Program-made: the position numbers and the translations under genes
Notes under the pieces: generated by a model
Told to the model about the DNA's origin: nothing
The model's input: only the letters and a program-made list of their open reading frames with translations
The model's database searches: none
Assembly: GCF_035254145.1 (NCBI RefSeq)
Contig: NZ_DATFAV010000215.1
Span: 1,229 to 65,228, forward strand
Direction: 5' to 3'
DNA from: Caulobacter sp.
Lineage (GTDB): Bacteria > Pseudomonadota > Alphaproteobacteria > Caulobacterales > Caulobacteraceae
DNA: 64,000 bases
Shown here: piece after piece, positions 20,573 through 28,929 of the stretch
Layout of the letters: every line of letters begins with the position of its first letter
Position numbering within the stretch: position 1 is the stretch's first letter

Positions 20573-22105
20573 TTGTCCCAATCTTCTCCGCTCGTCGACA
20601 TCATGGCCCTCGCCCGGACGGGCGCGGTCGAGGAGGCCTGGCGGCTGTTTGGCGAATCCGGCCTGGCCGCCGCCCAGGATCCCGCCGCCCTCACGCTGAA
20701 AGGGCGGCTGCTGAAGGACCGCGCGCGGACGGCGCGAGGCCAGGCGCGTCGCGACCTGTTCGTCGAGGCCGCGGCCGCCTATCGCCAGGCGGCGCAACGG
20801 GGCCAGGGCGCCTACGCCTTGATCAACGCCGCCACCCTGTCCCTGCTGGCGGGGGAGATCGAGGCGGCGCGCGCCAACGCCCTGGCCGCCCTCGATGCGC
20901 CTGACAACGACACGCCCTACTATCAGGGCGCGACGCGGGCCGAGGCCCTGCTCGTCCTTGGACGGACGGACGAGGCGAAGGCCGCGCTGACCGAGGCGGT
21001 GTCGCGCGCGCCTCGCGCCTGGGAAGACCACGCCGTCACCCTGCGGCAGTTCCGCCTGATCCTGACCGAACAGGGCCAGGGCGACGACTGGCTCTCGGTG
21101 CTGACCCCGCCCCGCGCCTTGCACTTCACTGGCCACATGGCCCTGTCGGCCGACGAAGGCCTGGCCGGCCGTATCGCCGACGTGCTTGGCCAGGAGAAGG
21201 TGGCGTTCGGCTACGGCGCGATCGCCGCCGGCGCCGACATCCTGATCGCCGAGGCCCTGGTCGAGGCCGGCGCGGCGCTGCACGTGGTGTTGCCGACCAA
21301 CGCCGAAGTGTTCCGCGAGCGGTCCGTCCGTCCGTGGGGCGAGGCCTGGGTGGCGCGCTACGACCGGCTTCTGGTCCTGGCCGACAGCGTGCAGGCGACC
21401 ACCCCCGACCTGGCGCGGGTCTCGCGAGACGCGATCGCCCTGGCCGACGAGACCGCGATGGGGATGACGGTGCTCAAGGCCGCCAGCCTGGCCGGCGAAG
21501 CCCTGCAATTGGCCATGCTGGATCCCGAGCGCCCCGACGCCAGCGGATCGGCCGCCGCGCGCTGGCGAGGCGCCGGCCGCCGCCAGCAGCTGATCGAGGT
21601 TCGTCGCCTGCCGCCCGCCCAAGGCGCGGACGAGCCGACGCCTCCAGAACGGGCGCCGACCGCCCTGCTGGGCTGCGCGCTGGACCTGCCCCTGGACGCC
21701 GATCCGACAGAAGCCCTCGCCACGCTGTCGCGTGTCCTCGCCGCCGCGCCCGCCGGCGTCGCCGCGCCCGCCTGGACCGGCCGCCAATTGCTGCTCGCCT
21801 ACGCCACGCCCGGCCAGGCGGCCCAGGCGGCGGCCGCCTTGCGCGCGGCGCTGGGCCCACGGGCTCGGCTGGCGGGCGCCCATGGTCTGGCGCGGCTGGC
21901 GGCCAGCCCCGTCGGCCACGGGACCATCGCCATCGGTCGGGGGGCCGAGATCGTGACCGCCTATCTCGCGGTGACGCCGCCCGGCGCGGTCTATCTGGAC
22001 CTGCCGTTCGCCGCCGCCCTCTGCGTCGACGCCCCGCCGGACCTAGTCGGCAAGATCATGAACCTGACCGGCGACGCCCTGGGTCCCTACGCCCTTCGCC
22101 CCTAG
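20573..22105 (+). CDS. TPR (DUF4071/TPR-S-like) - SLOG - degenerate class III cyclase-like protein
   Basis: LALARTGA, LKGRLLKD, YALINAATL, FTGH, FGYGAIAAGADILIAE; collinear with 23939..25684 but both cyclase Asp motifs are missing; TTG start. Confidence 0.75.
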   Translation: MSQSSPLVDIMALARTGAVEEAWRLFGESGLAAAQDPAALTLKGRLLKDRARTARGQARRDLFVEAAAAYRQAAQRGQGAYALINAATLSLLAGEIEAARANALAALDAPDNDTPYYQGATRAEALLVLGRTDEAKAALTEAVSRAPRAWEDHAVTLRQFRLILTEQGQGDDWLSVLTPPRALHFTGHMALSADEGLAGRIADVLGQEKVAFGYGAIAAGADILIAEALVEAGAALHVVLPTNAEVFRERSVRPWGEAWVARYDRLLVLADSVQATTPDLARVSRDAIALADETAMGMTVLKAASLAGEALQLAMLDPERPDASGSAAARWRGAGRRQQLIEVRRLPPAQGADEPTPPERAPTALLGCALDLPLDADPTEALATLSRVLAAAPAGVAAPAWTGRQLLLAYATPGQAAQAAAALRAALGPRARLAGAHGLARLAASPVGHGTIAIGRGAEIVTAYLAVTPPGAVYLDLPFAAALCVDAPPDLVGKIMNLTGDALGPYALRP

Positions 22106-22111
22106 CGCCCC

Positions 22112-22780
22112 CTATTCGATCAGGCCTTCCAATCGCTTGGGCGCGACGATGATCAAGGCCTGGGCGGTGCGCCTGATCACCCCTCGCCGCTCCAGCGCGC
22201 TGACCGCGCGCGACACGGTCTCGCGCGTCGTCTGCAGGTCCAGCGCCAGGGCCGCCAGGACGGGCGGAGGGCTGATGGTCCAGTTGTGGGGTTCGGCGCG
22301 CCGCAGCAGCTCGGCATGGATCCGGCCCACGGCGCTCAGGGTGTTGCGGTCGATGATGCGCTCGGTCGACCCCCGCAGTCGGGCCAGCAACATCCGCGAC
22401 AGGGCCAGGCCCACGCAGCTGTGACGCTCCAGCAGGCGCAGGAAGTCCAGGGCCGCGAACACCGCCGCGCGGGCCGTCTCCAGCGCGGTCACCTCGGTCT
22501 CGCTGCGCGCGCCGGGCTGCACGGTGGCGCCGAACAGGTCTCCGGGCGCGTAGTCGTAAAGCAGGATCGCGTTTCCGGTCCGCCCCACGGCGGCGGCGCG
22601 CGCCCGGCCCAGGGTCAGCAGGTAGGTCTCGGCGCAACGGTCGCCCTGGCGGATGATCACCCCGCCCGGCTGATAGGCGCGCTCGACCGCCGCCGCGGCG
22701 ATGCCGCCGGCCACGTCCTCCGGACAGTGGAAGACCTCCCGCGCGAAGGCGGCCAATGCGGACTGATGAGCAGACGACAT
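22112..22780 (-). CDS. Crp/Fnr family regulator with atypical cNMP pocket
   Basis: IIRQGD, PGDLFGA, HTH TTRETVSRAVSALERRGVI; ATG at 22780. Confidence 0.88.
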   Translation of the reverse strand: MSSAHQSALAAFAREVFHCPEDVAGGIAAAAVERAYQPGGVIIRQGDRCAETYLLTLGRARAAAVGRTGNAILLYDYAPGDLFGATVQPGARSETEVTALETARAAVFAALDFLRLLERHSCVGLALSRMLLARLRGSTERIIDRNTLSAVGRIHAELLRRAEPHNWTISPPPVLAALALDLQTTRETVSRAVSALERRGVIRRTAQALIIVAPKRLEGLIE

Positions 22781-22864
22781 CCAACGCCCCCCGCGTCGAC
22801 CCTCGCCAGCATGGCACGAGCCGCCAAGCGCGGACAACCGGCTCGCGGACCCGTCGCCCCTGGC

Positions 22865-23233
22865 TTATTGCGGCCGATCCCGCAGGGCTTCGACAATCAC
22901 CCGGTTGGCGGTTTCACAGCGGCTCTCCCCGAACTGGCGCTCGATCCTCGGCAGGGCCTTGAAGCGGACCTCCAGCTCGGCGGCGGCCGCCTGGGCCCGC
23001 CCCGCGGCCTGGCGCGACTCGGCCAGGCGCTCGCGAGTCTGGGCCAGTTCGGCCAGAATACCGTCGCGGTCGGCGGAAAGGTCGGCCATCTCGCGCCTCA
23101 CCCGCGCCAGCCGCGCCCGCAGGCGAAGCAGCCGCGTCGCCAGCCACGCCACCACCGCCGGCAAACCGATCGACAGGATCTGGGCCGCGAGGATCACGGC
23201 GGGGGTGTCGGTCAGGCTCAGCGGGACGACCAT
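22865..23233 (-). CDS. Small TM + coiled-coil hypothetical protein (122 aa)
   Basis: ATG at 23233 after GAGAAAG; hydrophobic helix followed by heptad-like LARVRREMADL... Confidence 0.5.
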   Translation of the reverse strand: MVVPLSLTDTPAVILAAQILSIGLPAVVAWLATRLLRLRARLARVRREMADLSADRDGILAELAQTRERLAESRQAAGRAQAAAAELEVRFKALPRIERQFGESRCETANRVIVEALRDRPQ

Positions 23234-23461
23234 GTCTTTCTCTACATCCGGGATTAGCGGGCGACGCTGTGAAGACCCGAGCGGCCGCGCCGCCCAGGTC
23301 CTCCACGACGGACGTCCAGTCGTCCTGAAGACGCTGGAGTCCGTCGACTTGCCGCCCCAATTTCCCCACCGGGGCGACAACCTCTTGAAACAACACTTGC
23401 TGGCGCGAGCGCGCGGCGGCGAACGGGTCCGGCGCCGGGTCGCGCGCCGAACGGCAGCGGA

Positions 23462-23662
23462 TTACGCCCTCAAGCCGCTGGGCTGTCGGCCGTCGTCGAT
23501 CGTGGCCAGGGCGAAATCCAAGACCTCGCCGATCACCCCGGACAGACTGTCTTCGGCCACGCCCTGTTCGCGAGCCCAGATCTTAAGGGCGTGGCGAAGG
23601 AAGGTCGTGCCGGCCTCCGGCGCGCGCCCGGCTTCGGCCATGGCGAAATCGTTCACGGACAT
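23462..23662 (-). CDS. Small hypothetical protein (66 aa)
   Basis: ATG at 23662 after GCAGGAG; GC3-biased codons. Confidence 0.5.
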   Translation of the reverse strand: MSVNDFAMAEAGRAPEAGTTFLRHALKIWAREQGVAEDSLSGVIGEVLDFALATIDDGRQPSGLRA

Positions 23663-23836
23663 GGCGCGGCTCCTGCTCGGTTCGGGACGCGGGGTCCCTT
23701 GGGAGATTTGAAAAGTGGACCCGGCCGGCGGTGACCGGGCCCCAGTTCGGTTCACGCGGCCGGAAGCTCTGGGTCAGGAACTGGCTCATCGCGTCCGGTC
23801 GACGCCTGAACCATGTGTGGTGAAGCTGTTTTTGGA

Positions 23837-23852
23837 TGTGCCGATTTTCACA
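23837..23852. promoter_or_regulatory. CRP box TGTGC-N6-TCACA
   Basis: TGTGCCGATTTTCACA, 9 of 10 consensus positions, in an AT-rich intergenic region. Confidence 0.7.
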
Positions 23853-23938
23853 TCAAGAGAAATAACGGTTTTTCCTCAGTCGCCCTGAAGACGCCCTGAA
23901 GGCGCCCTGAGCCCCGCGAAGACGGCGGCGCGCTTCAG

Positions 23939-25684
23939 TCAGGCGCGCGAAAGAGAGAAGATCGGGGTCGCCGCAAAGCCCTTGCGCCCTTGGGTTCGCC
24001 CGACATAGCCGCACCGCACGCGGTCGCCGTGGAAGGTGGCCAGCGCGCCGGCCAAGGCCTCGCTGACATAGGCCGAGCCGGGCGCGACGTCCGGCTCGAT
24101 ACGCGCGGCGACGACGACATGGGCGCCGATCACGGCCGGCGCCTTGGTCAGCGGGTTGGTGCGCAGATGCACGGGTCCGTAGTGGCCGCCGATCCGCAGC
24201 CCCAGCCCCCGCGGCAGCCCAAGGCTTCGCATGTCCAGCGCCCGGTGCGCCTCCAGTAGGGCCAGGGCCGCCAGCGCCGCGTCGATCGGTTGGTCGAAGA
24301 CCAGGAAGAGGCCGTCGCCCCAGGTCTCGACATGGCGTGGCGGCGCCTCCAGCCCCTCGACGACCTCGGCGATACGGCCCATCACCCCCTCGATGAAGGC
24401 CGGGATCTGGTGATCTCGCAGAGCGCCGAAACCCTGGACGTCGGCGAACAGCATGGCCTTCATCGCCCGCGCGCCGACCTCGACCGGCGAGATAAGGCGG
24501 GGCGGACGCGGGGTCGGGCGGTCGATCGGGATCACCGTCGCCGGGCGATCCCCCCGCGCCCAGTAGGCCAGGTCGGATGAGACGCCGGCGGGGCCGGGCG
24601 CGTCCTGGCCGTCCCACACCGCCAGTTGCACCGCCTGGGTCGAAAGGGTCTGGGCCCGCAGCACCGCGCAGCCCATGGCGAACTGACTGGCGTAGGCGAA
24701 CACCTGCTCGTCGCCGAGATAGGCGTCCTGCGAGGCGTAGCGGATGGAGGTCGCCCGCGCGAGGCAGCGCTCGAAGCGGTCGACCCAATCGGGTCCGAAC
24801 GGCTCCACCGACACCTCGACGAAGGAGGCTCGACTGACCGGCAGGACGACGTGCAGCTCGGCGCCGGCGTCCAGCAGCGCCTCGGCGAAGACGATGTCGG
24901 CGCCCGCGGCCAAACCGCCATAGCCGAAGCCGACCCGCTGTGTCCGCAGCGCCTCGTCGATACGCGCCCGCAACGCCGTGTCGGCCACGTCCAGGATGTG
25001 GCCGGTGAAATGGGCGCAGACCGGCGGACGAAACGGTGCGAGCCACGCGGCGTCCAGGCCGGTCTCGTGGCACAGCATCTCCAGCTGGCGCAGGGTCGAG
25101 GCGTGGGCGGCGTAGGCGCGCGGCGCCAGGGTCAGGCCCTGCGCCAGGGTTTGGCGCGCGCCGTCCAGGTCGCCGATGAGGAAACGGGCCTCGGCGAGGC
25201 TGGCGGCCACATAATAGGCCGCCTCGCCTGTCAGGCCCGGCGGGGTGTCCATCGCCAGGACCGATCGGGCCTGGTCCGCCGCGCCCGCGCGGTCTCCCGC
25301 CACCAGGGTCATGGTCGCGGCGTTGATGGCGCCATAGGTCCCGCCCGACCGCTCGGACAACGCTTCGTATCGCCGGCGCGAGGCCTTGGCGAACGCGGCG
25401 CGGCGCGCCCCCCGGCTGGAGAGGGCGACGTCCTTCAGCAGCCGGGCGCCCAGCGCGACCGTGTCGGCGTCCGCGTCCTGGGCCAGGCCCAGACGGACAT
25501 ATTCGGACCGCGCGAAATCAAGGGCGCCCGCCCGCGCCAAGCACAGCACCGCCGCATAGGCGGCGGCGCGCGGAGCCTCGCCCCCCTCCAGCGCGGCGTG
25601 GGCGATGTCGTAGGCGGCGAGGATTTCGCCGCGCCGGATCAGCGCGGCGACCGCCTCACCGTCGAACGGCGGGTCTGCGCTCAG
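23939..25684 (-). CDS. TPR (DUF4071/TPR-S-like) - SLOG - class III nucleotide cyclase
   Basis: FGYGGLAAGADIVFAE (SLOG), MLFADVQGF, ETWGDG, RIGGHYGP, AARIEP; frame open upstream of GTG 25549 to CTG 25684. Confidence 0.85.
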   Translation of the reverse strand: MSADPPFDGEAVAALIRRGEILAAYDIAHAALEGGEAPRAAAYAAVLCLARAGALDFARSEYVRLGLAQDADADTVALGARLLKDVALSSRGARRAAFAKASRRRYEALSERSGGTYGAINAATMTLVAGDRAGAADQARSVLAMDTPPGLTGEAAYYVAASLAEARFLIGDLDGARQTLAQGLTLAPRAYAAHASTLRQLEMLCHETGLDAAWLAPFRPPVCAHFTGHILDVADTALRARIDEALRTQRVGFGYGGLAAGADIVFAEALLDAGAELHVVLPVSRASFVEVSVEPFGPDWVDRFERCLARATSIRYASQDAYLGDEQVFAYASQFAMGCAVLRAQTLSTQAVQLAVWDGQDAPGPAGVSSDLAYWARGDRPATVIPIDRPTPRPPRLISPVEVGARAMKAMLFADVQGFGALRDHQIPAFIEGVMGRIAEVVEGLEAPPRHVETWGDGLFLVFDQPIDAALAALALLEAHRALDMRSLGLPRGLGLRIGGHYGPVHLRTNPLTKAPAVIGAHVVVAARIEPDVAPGSAYVSEALAGALATFHGDRVRCGYVGRTQGRKGFAATPIFSLSRA

Positions 25685-26088
25685 GGAACCCGGCCCGCGC
25701 CGTTCTCGACGTCAGGATCGAGATCGATCTTCTGTTCGTGGCCGTCCAGCATGAACAGGCTGTAGGTGTAGACGCCCATCCGCGCGCATTCGTAGATCAC
25801 CTTGAAGCAGGTGCGCTCGGCGAACGTCGCGCGGCCAGGCCACTCGGTCACCCAGACATAGCTGGAGAAGTTGACGCCATAGTCGTCGGCGACCTTGATC
25901 GGCCGGCGCTGGAAGGTCCATCCGGCCTTGATCAGTTGGTCGCTGAGCACGAAGACCAACTCGCAGCGCTCGCTGAGATCCAGCTTGAGCCGCGTCGGCT
26001 TCGTCGGATCCGCGAAGTTCATGAAATTGAAGTTGTCATCCAGGCCGATGACCAGTTCGACGACTTTACGAGGTGTGGGTTCAGTCAT
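25681..26088 (-). CDS. Hypothetical protein with C-terminal DPDVEN motif (DP-EP/AidA-like?)
   Basis: 135 aa; ATGA overlap with the TIR gene; beta-strand pattern. Confidence 0.7.
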   Translation of the reverse strand: MTEPTPRKVVELVIGLDDNFNFMNFADPTKPTRLKLDLSERCELVFVLSDQLIKAGWTFQRRPIKVADDYGVNFSSYVWVTEWPGRATFAERTCFKVIYECARMGVYTYSLFMLDGHEQKIDLDPDVENGAGRVP

Positions 26089-28148
26089 TCGTGCGCCTCC
26101 CGAGCTTGAGCTAAAGCTTCACCTACGGTGGAGTCTCGCCAGAAGGCAAGGAACCCCGGGTGGGCGTATCCATGCTTGGCAAGGTCGCTGACGATGCTCG
26201 CGGCCTGGTCGGCCCGGCCATCCGCGAGATAGGCGCGGGCCAGGATGTCCAGGCTGGCGGGCGAGAGCGAGGCCCGACGCGCGCCCAGGACCTCGACGGC
26301 GGCGCCGCCACGTCCCGCCGCCCATTCCGCGAAACCATAGAGCGCGGCGCTATCGGCCTCCTTTCGCCAGTTCGTGACCTTCATGCGCGCGGCCAGCGCC
26401 TCTGACATCCGTTGAGCCTTAGCGGACTGTCCGCCGCGCCGCGCCAGGATGATCGAAAGCTGGTCCAGCCGGCCGTCCAGATCGGCGCGCCAGGCCTCGG
26501 CCTTGGGGCCGGATCGCAGTCGGGCCAGCATCGCGGCCGCGTCGGCGCGAGCGGCCTCGGCCTCCTTGAGCCGGCCCGACCACATCGCCAGCTCCAGGGT
26601 GTCCATTCGCCCGATCATCAGAAATTCGCGCCACCGAACATTGGTCGGGTCGAGCGCGGCCAGGTCTTGGAGCCGCGCGACGTTGCGCTCGGACCTGGCC
26701 CGCGCCTCCGCCCCTCGACCAAGATCAAGGTCCAGCCGGGCCAGCGCCAGTTCGGCCCCCACGCTCCGCACCCGCAGGCGCTTGTCGGCCGGATATTTCG
26801 CGATGGCTTGCGACAGGATGCGCACCGCGGCCTCGCGTTCGGCCAGCGCCTCGCGCGGACGTCCCAGCCGCAGCAGGCAGTCGGCGGCCCAGGCCCGCGA
26901 ATTGGCCGCGCCTTCCAGCAAGGTCCGATCCTGTGGGGCGCGCGCGCGTTCCGCCTCGAACACGGCCTGGCCGGCGCGGAACGCCTCCAACGCCTCGGTC
27001 GGCCGATCCTGCTCGAACAGCAAGGTGCCGAGATTGTTCTTGGCGTACGCGACCTCGACCCGCCACTCGGGACGGTTGGGATCGATCGCCACCAAGGTCT
27101 GGGCCAGGTCGCCGTAGCGCTTGAAGCCGCGCTCGGCGCCGGCGACATCCTCGCGCCGCCATTCCACATAGGCCTGCCAGAAGACGTTCTGGGCCTCGTC
27201 GAAGATGCGCTCGCCGTTGCGCGGATCGCGCTGGACCAGGGCGTGGGTCGTCGCCGCCGCCTGGCTGAAGGCGTCCTGGGCGCCGGCCAGGTCGCCGCGC
27301 TGCTCGCGGATGGTGCCCAGCAAAGTCTGAGCCTTGGCGCGCTGGCCGAGCGCCTTGTCGTCGAGGCGCTCGGTCGGCGCCTTGGCGTAGTAGGCCAGGA
27401 CCTTGGCGCTGACGCCGTCCAGCACATCCAGCCGCCCCACCGGCTCGAGCTGCTGGCGCAGGTCGCCCAGCATGAAGGCCACCAGCGCCTCGGTCTCGTC
27501 GCGCTGTTGCCGGGCGATCTGGCGGGACTTCAGCGTGGCAACCGTCATGGCGCCCATGCCGATCGCCAGGACAACAGCCGCGGCGGTGAACGCCGCCATC
27601 ACCTGCAGGCGTCGGCGCGCGTCGCGTTGGACCAGCTGATCCAGGCGCACGCCCAGCAGTTGCGCGGCGATTTTCAGGCGCGCCAGACGAGGGCCGTCGC
27701 CGTCCCGGCGCAGGTCCACGGCCAGGGGCTCGACGCCCTGCGGCAAAATAGCGCGGAGGGCGGGCGGCAGCACCGCGTCCAGCGCCGTTCCAGCCGGCAG
27801 TCCCGGCGCGATCACGCAGATGATCCGGCCAGCGTCCCGGGTCTTCAGGAAATAGTCGACCTCCTGATCCACCCAGCGCGAGGCGGCGGAAGCGGGCGAA
27901 CACAGCACGATCAGGGCGTCAGAGCGGTCCAGAGCGCTGCGGATCACCTCGTTCAGGTCCAGCGAGGCGCTCAGTTCGTCGCGATCGCGGAAGATCGGGC
28001 GCAGCGTCCGCCAGCCCCCATCGTTCTCGCCCTTGGCCAGTCCGCGCGGCGCCCGATAGGCCTCCAAGGCGCGATGCAGCCAAACAGCGGTTTTGAGATC
28101 GCGGTGACTATAGCTGATAAAGGCTCTGTACCGCTGTCGACTATCCAT
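26085..28148 (-). CDS. TIR domain - TM - TPR protein (cassette 2)
   Basis: AFISYSHRD, IFRDRDE, LIVLCSPASAASRWVDQEVDYF; TM helix; TPRs; ATG at 28148. Confidence 0.87.
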   Translation of the reverse strand: MDSRQRYRAFISYSHRDLKTAVWLHRALEAYRAPRGLAKGENDGGWRTLRPIFRDRDELSASLDLNEVIRSALDRSDALIVLCSPASAASRWVDQEVDYFLKTRDAGRIICVIAPGLPAGTALDAVLPPALRAILPQGVEPLAVDLRRDGDGPRLARLKIAAQLLGVRLDQLVQRDARRRLQVMAAFTAAAVVLAIGMGAMTVATLKSRQIARQQRDETEALVAFMLGDLRQQLEPVGRLDVLDGVSAKVLAYYAKAPTERLDDKALGQRAKAQTLLGTIREQRGDLAGAQDAFSQAAATTHALVQRDPRNGERIFDEAQNVFWQAYVEWRREDVAGAERGFKRYGDLAQTLVAIDPNRPEWRVEVAYAKNNLGTLLFEQDRPTEALEAFRAGQAVFEAERARAPQDRTLLEGAANSRAWAADCLLRLGRPREALAEREAAVRILSQAIAKYPADKRLRVRSVGAELALARLDLDLGRGAEARARSERNVARLQDLAALDPTNVRWREFLMIGRMDTLELAMWSGRLKEAEAARADAAAMLARLRSGPKAEAWRADLDGRLDQLSIILARRGGQSAKAQRMSEALAARMKVTNWRKEADSAALYGFAEWAAGRGGAAVEVLGARRASLSPASLDILARAYLADGRADQAASIVSDLAKHGYAHPGFLAFWRDSTVGEALAQAREAHE

Positions 28149-28182
28149 GCGTCGCCCCCGACCGACAGCAGGAGCGTACTCG

Positions 28183-28929
28183 ATGAAAACGTTTTCGCCA
28201 TCATCCTCGCGCGCTTCGTCCACTGGGGCGGACGGGCTTTCGCCGAACGACCACCGGGCCAACCGGATCTTCCGGCACATGTCGCCCGAGGAGATCAGCG
28301 CGCTGGGGCCGTCGATCGAGCACCTGACCTACGGCAAAGGCGAGATGATCCTTCAGCGTCGTGACGAGGAAGGCGGGATCTATCTGTTGCTGGAGGGCGT
28401 CCTGCTGGCCAATCAATACGCCCGCTCGGGCCGCGAGGTCGGCTATCGGCGCATCGCCGCCGGCAGCTATTTCGGCGAGATCTCGGCGATCGACGGCCTG
28501 CCCCGCTCGGTCAACGTCGTGGCGCTGGAGGATGCGCGCATCGCGCGCCTGCCTCAGTCGCTGGTCCGTCGCCTGTTCGAGGAATCGCCGCGCTTCATGA
28601 AGGCGCTGCTGGAGGACATGGCGGGCCTGGCCCGGGCCCTGACCGACCGCCTGTTCGAGCTGACCGCCGTGTCGGTGGCCTGCCGGGTCGACATCGAGTT
28701 GCTGCGGATGGCTGGCGTGGCGGGCGGCGACGGCCAGCGCGCGGTGATCAGCCCCTGCCCCACCCATGCCGAACTGGCCGCCCTGCTGGGCAGCCAGCGC
28801 GAGCCGGTGACGCGGGAGCTGAACCGCCTGGCCGGCCTGGGCATCGTGCGCCAGACCGGCCGCACCCTTCACGTCCTCGACCTCCCGGCCCTGGCCGGAG
28901 AGGTCGAGCGGATCGGCGGGGAGATCTAG
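28183..28929 (+). CDS. Crp/Fnr family regulator with canonical cNMP pocket
   Basis: YFGEISAIDGLPRS phosphate-binding cassette, HTH SQREPVTRELNRL; ATG at 28183 after CAGGAG. Confidence 0.9.
   Translation: MKTFSPSSSRASSTGADGLSPNDHRANRIFRHMSPEEISALGPSIEHLTYGKGEMILQRRDEEGGIYLLLEGVLLANQYARSGREVGYRRIAAGSYFGEISAIDGLPRSVNVVALEDARIARLPQSLVRRLFEESPRFMKALLEDMAGLARALTDRLFELTAVSVACRVDIELLRMAGVAGGDGQRAVISPCPTHAELAALLGSQREPVTRELNRLAGLGIVRQTGRTLHVLDLPALAGEVERIGGEI

Noticed and set aside
18123-28929. Labelling the locus Thoeris, CBASS or Pycsar
   Set aside because: No SIR2/Macro ThsA, no CD-NTase and no PycTM/PycTIR architecture; only individual domains overlap
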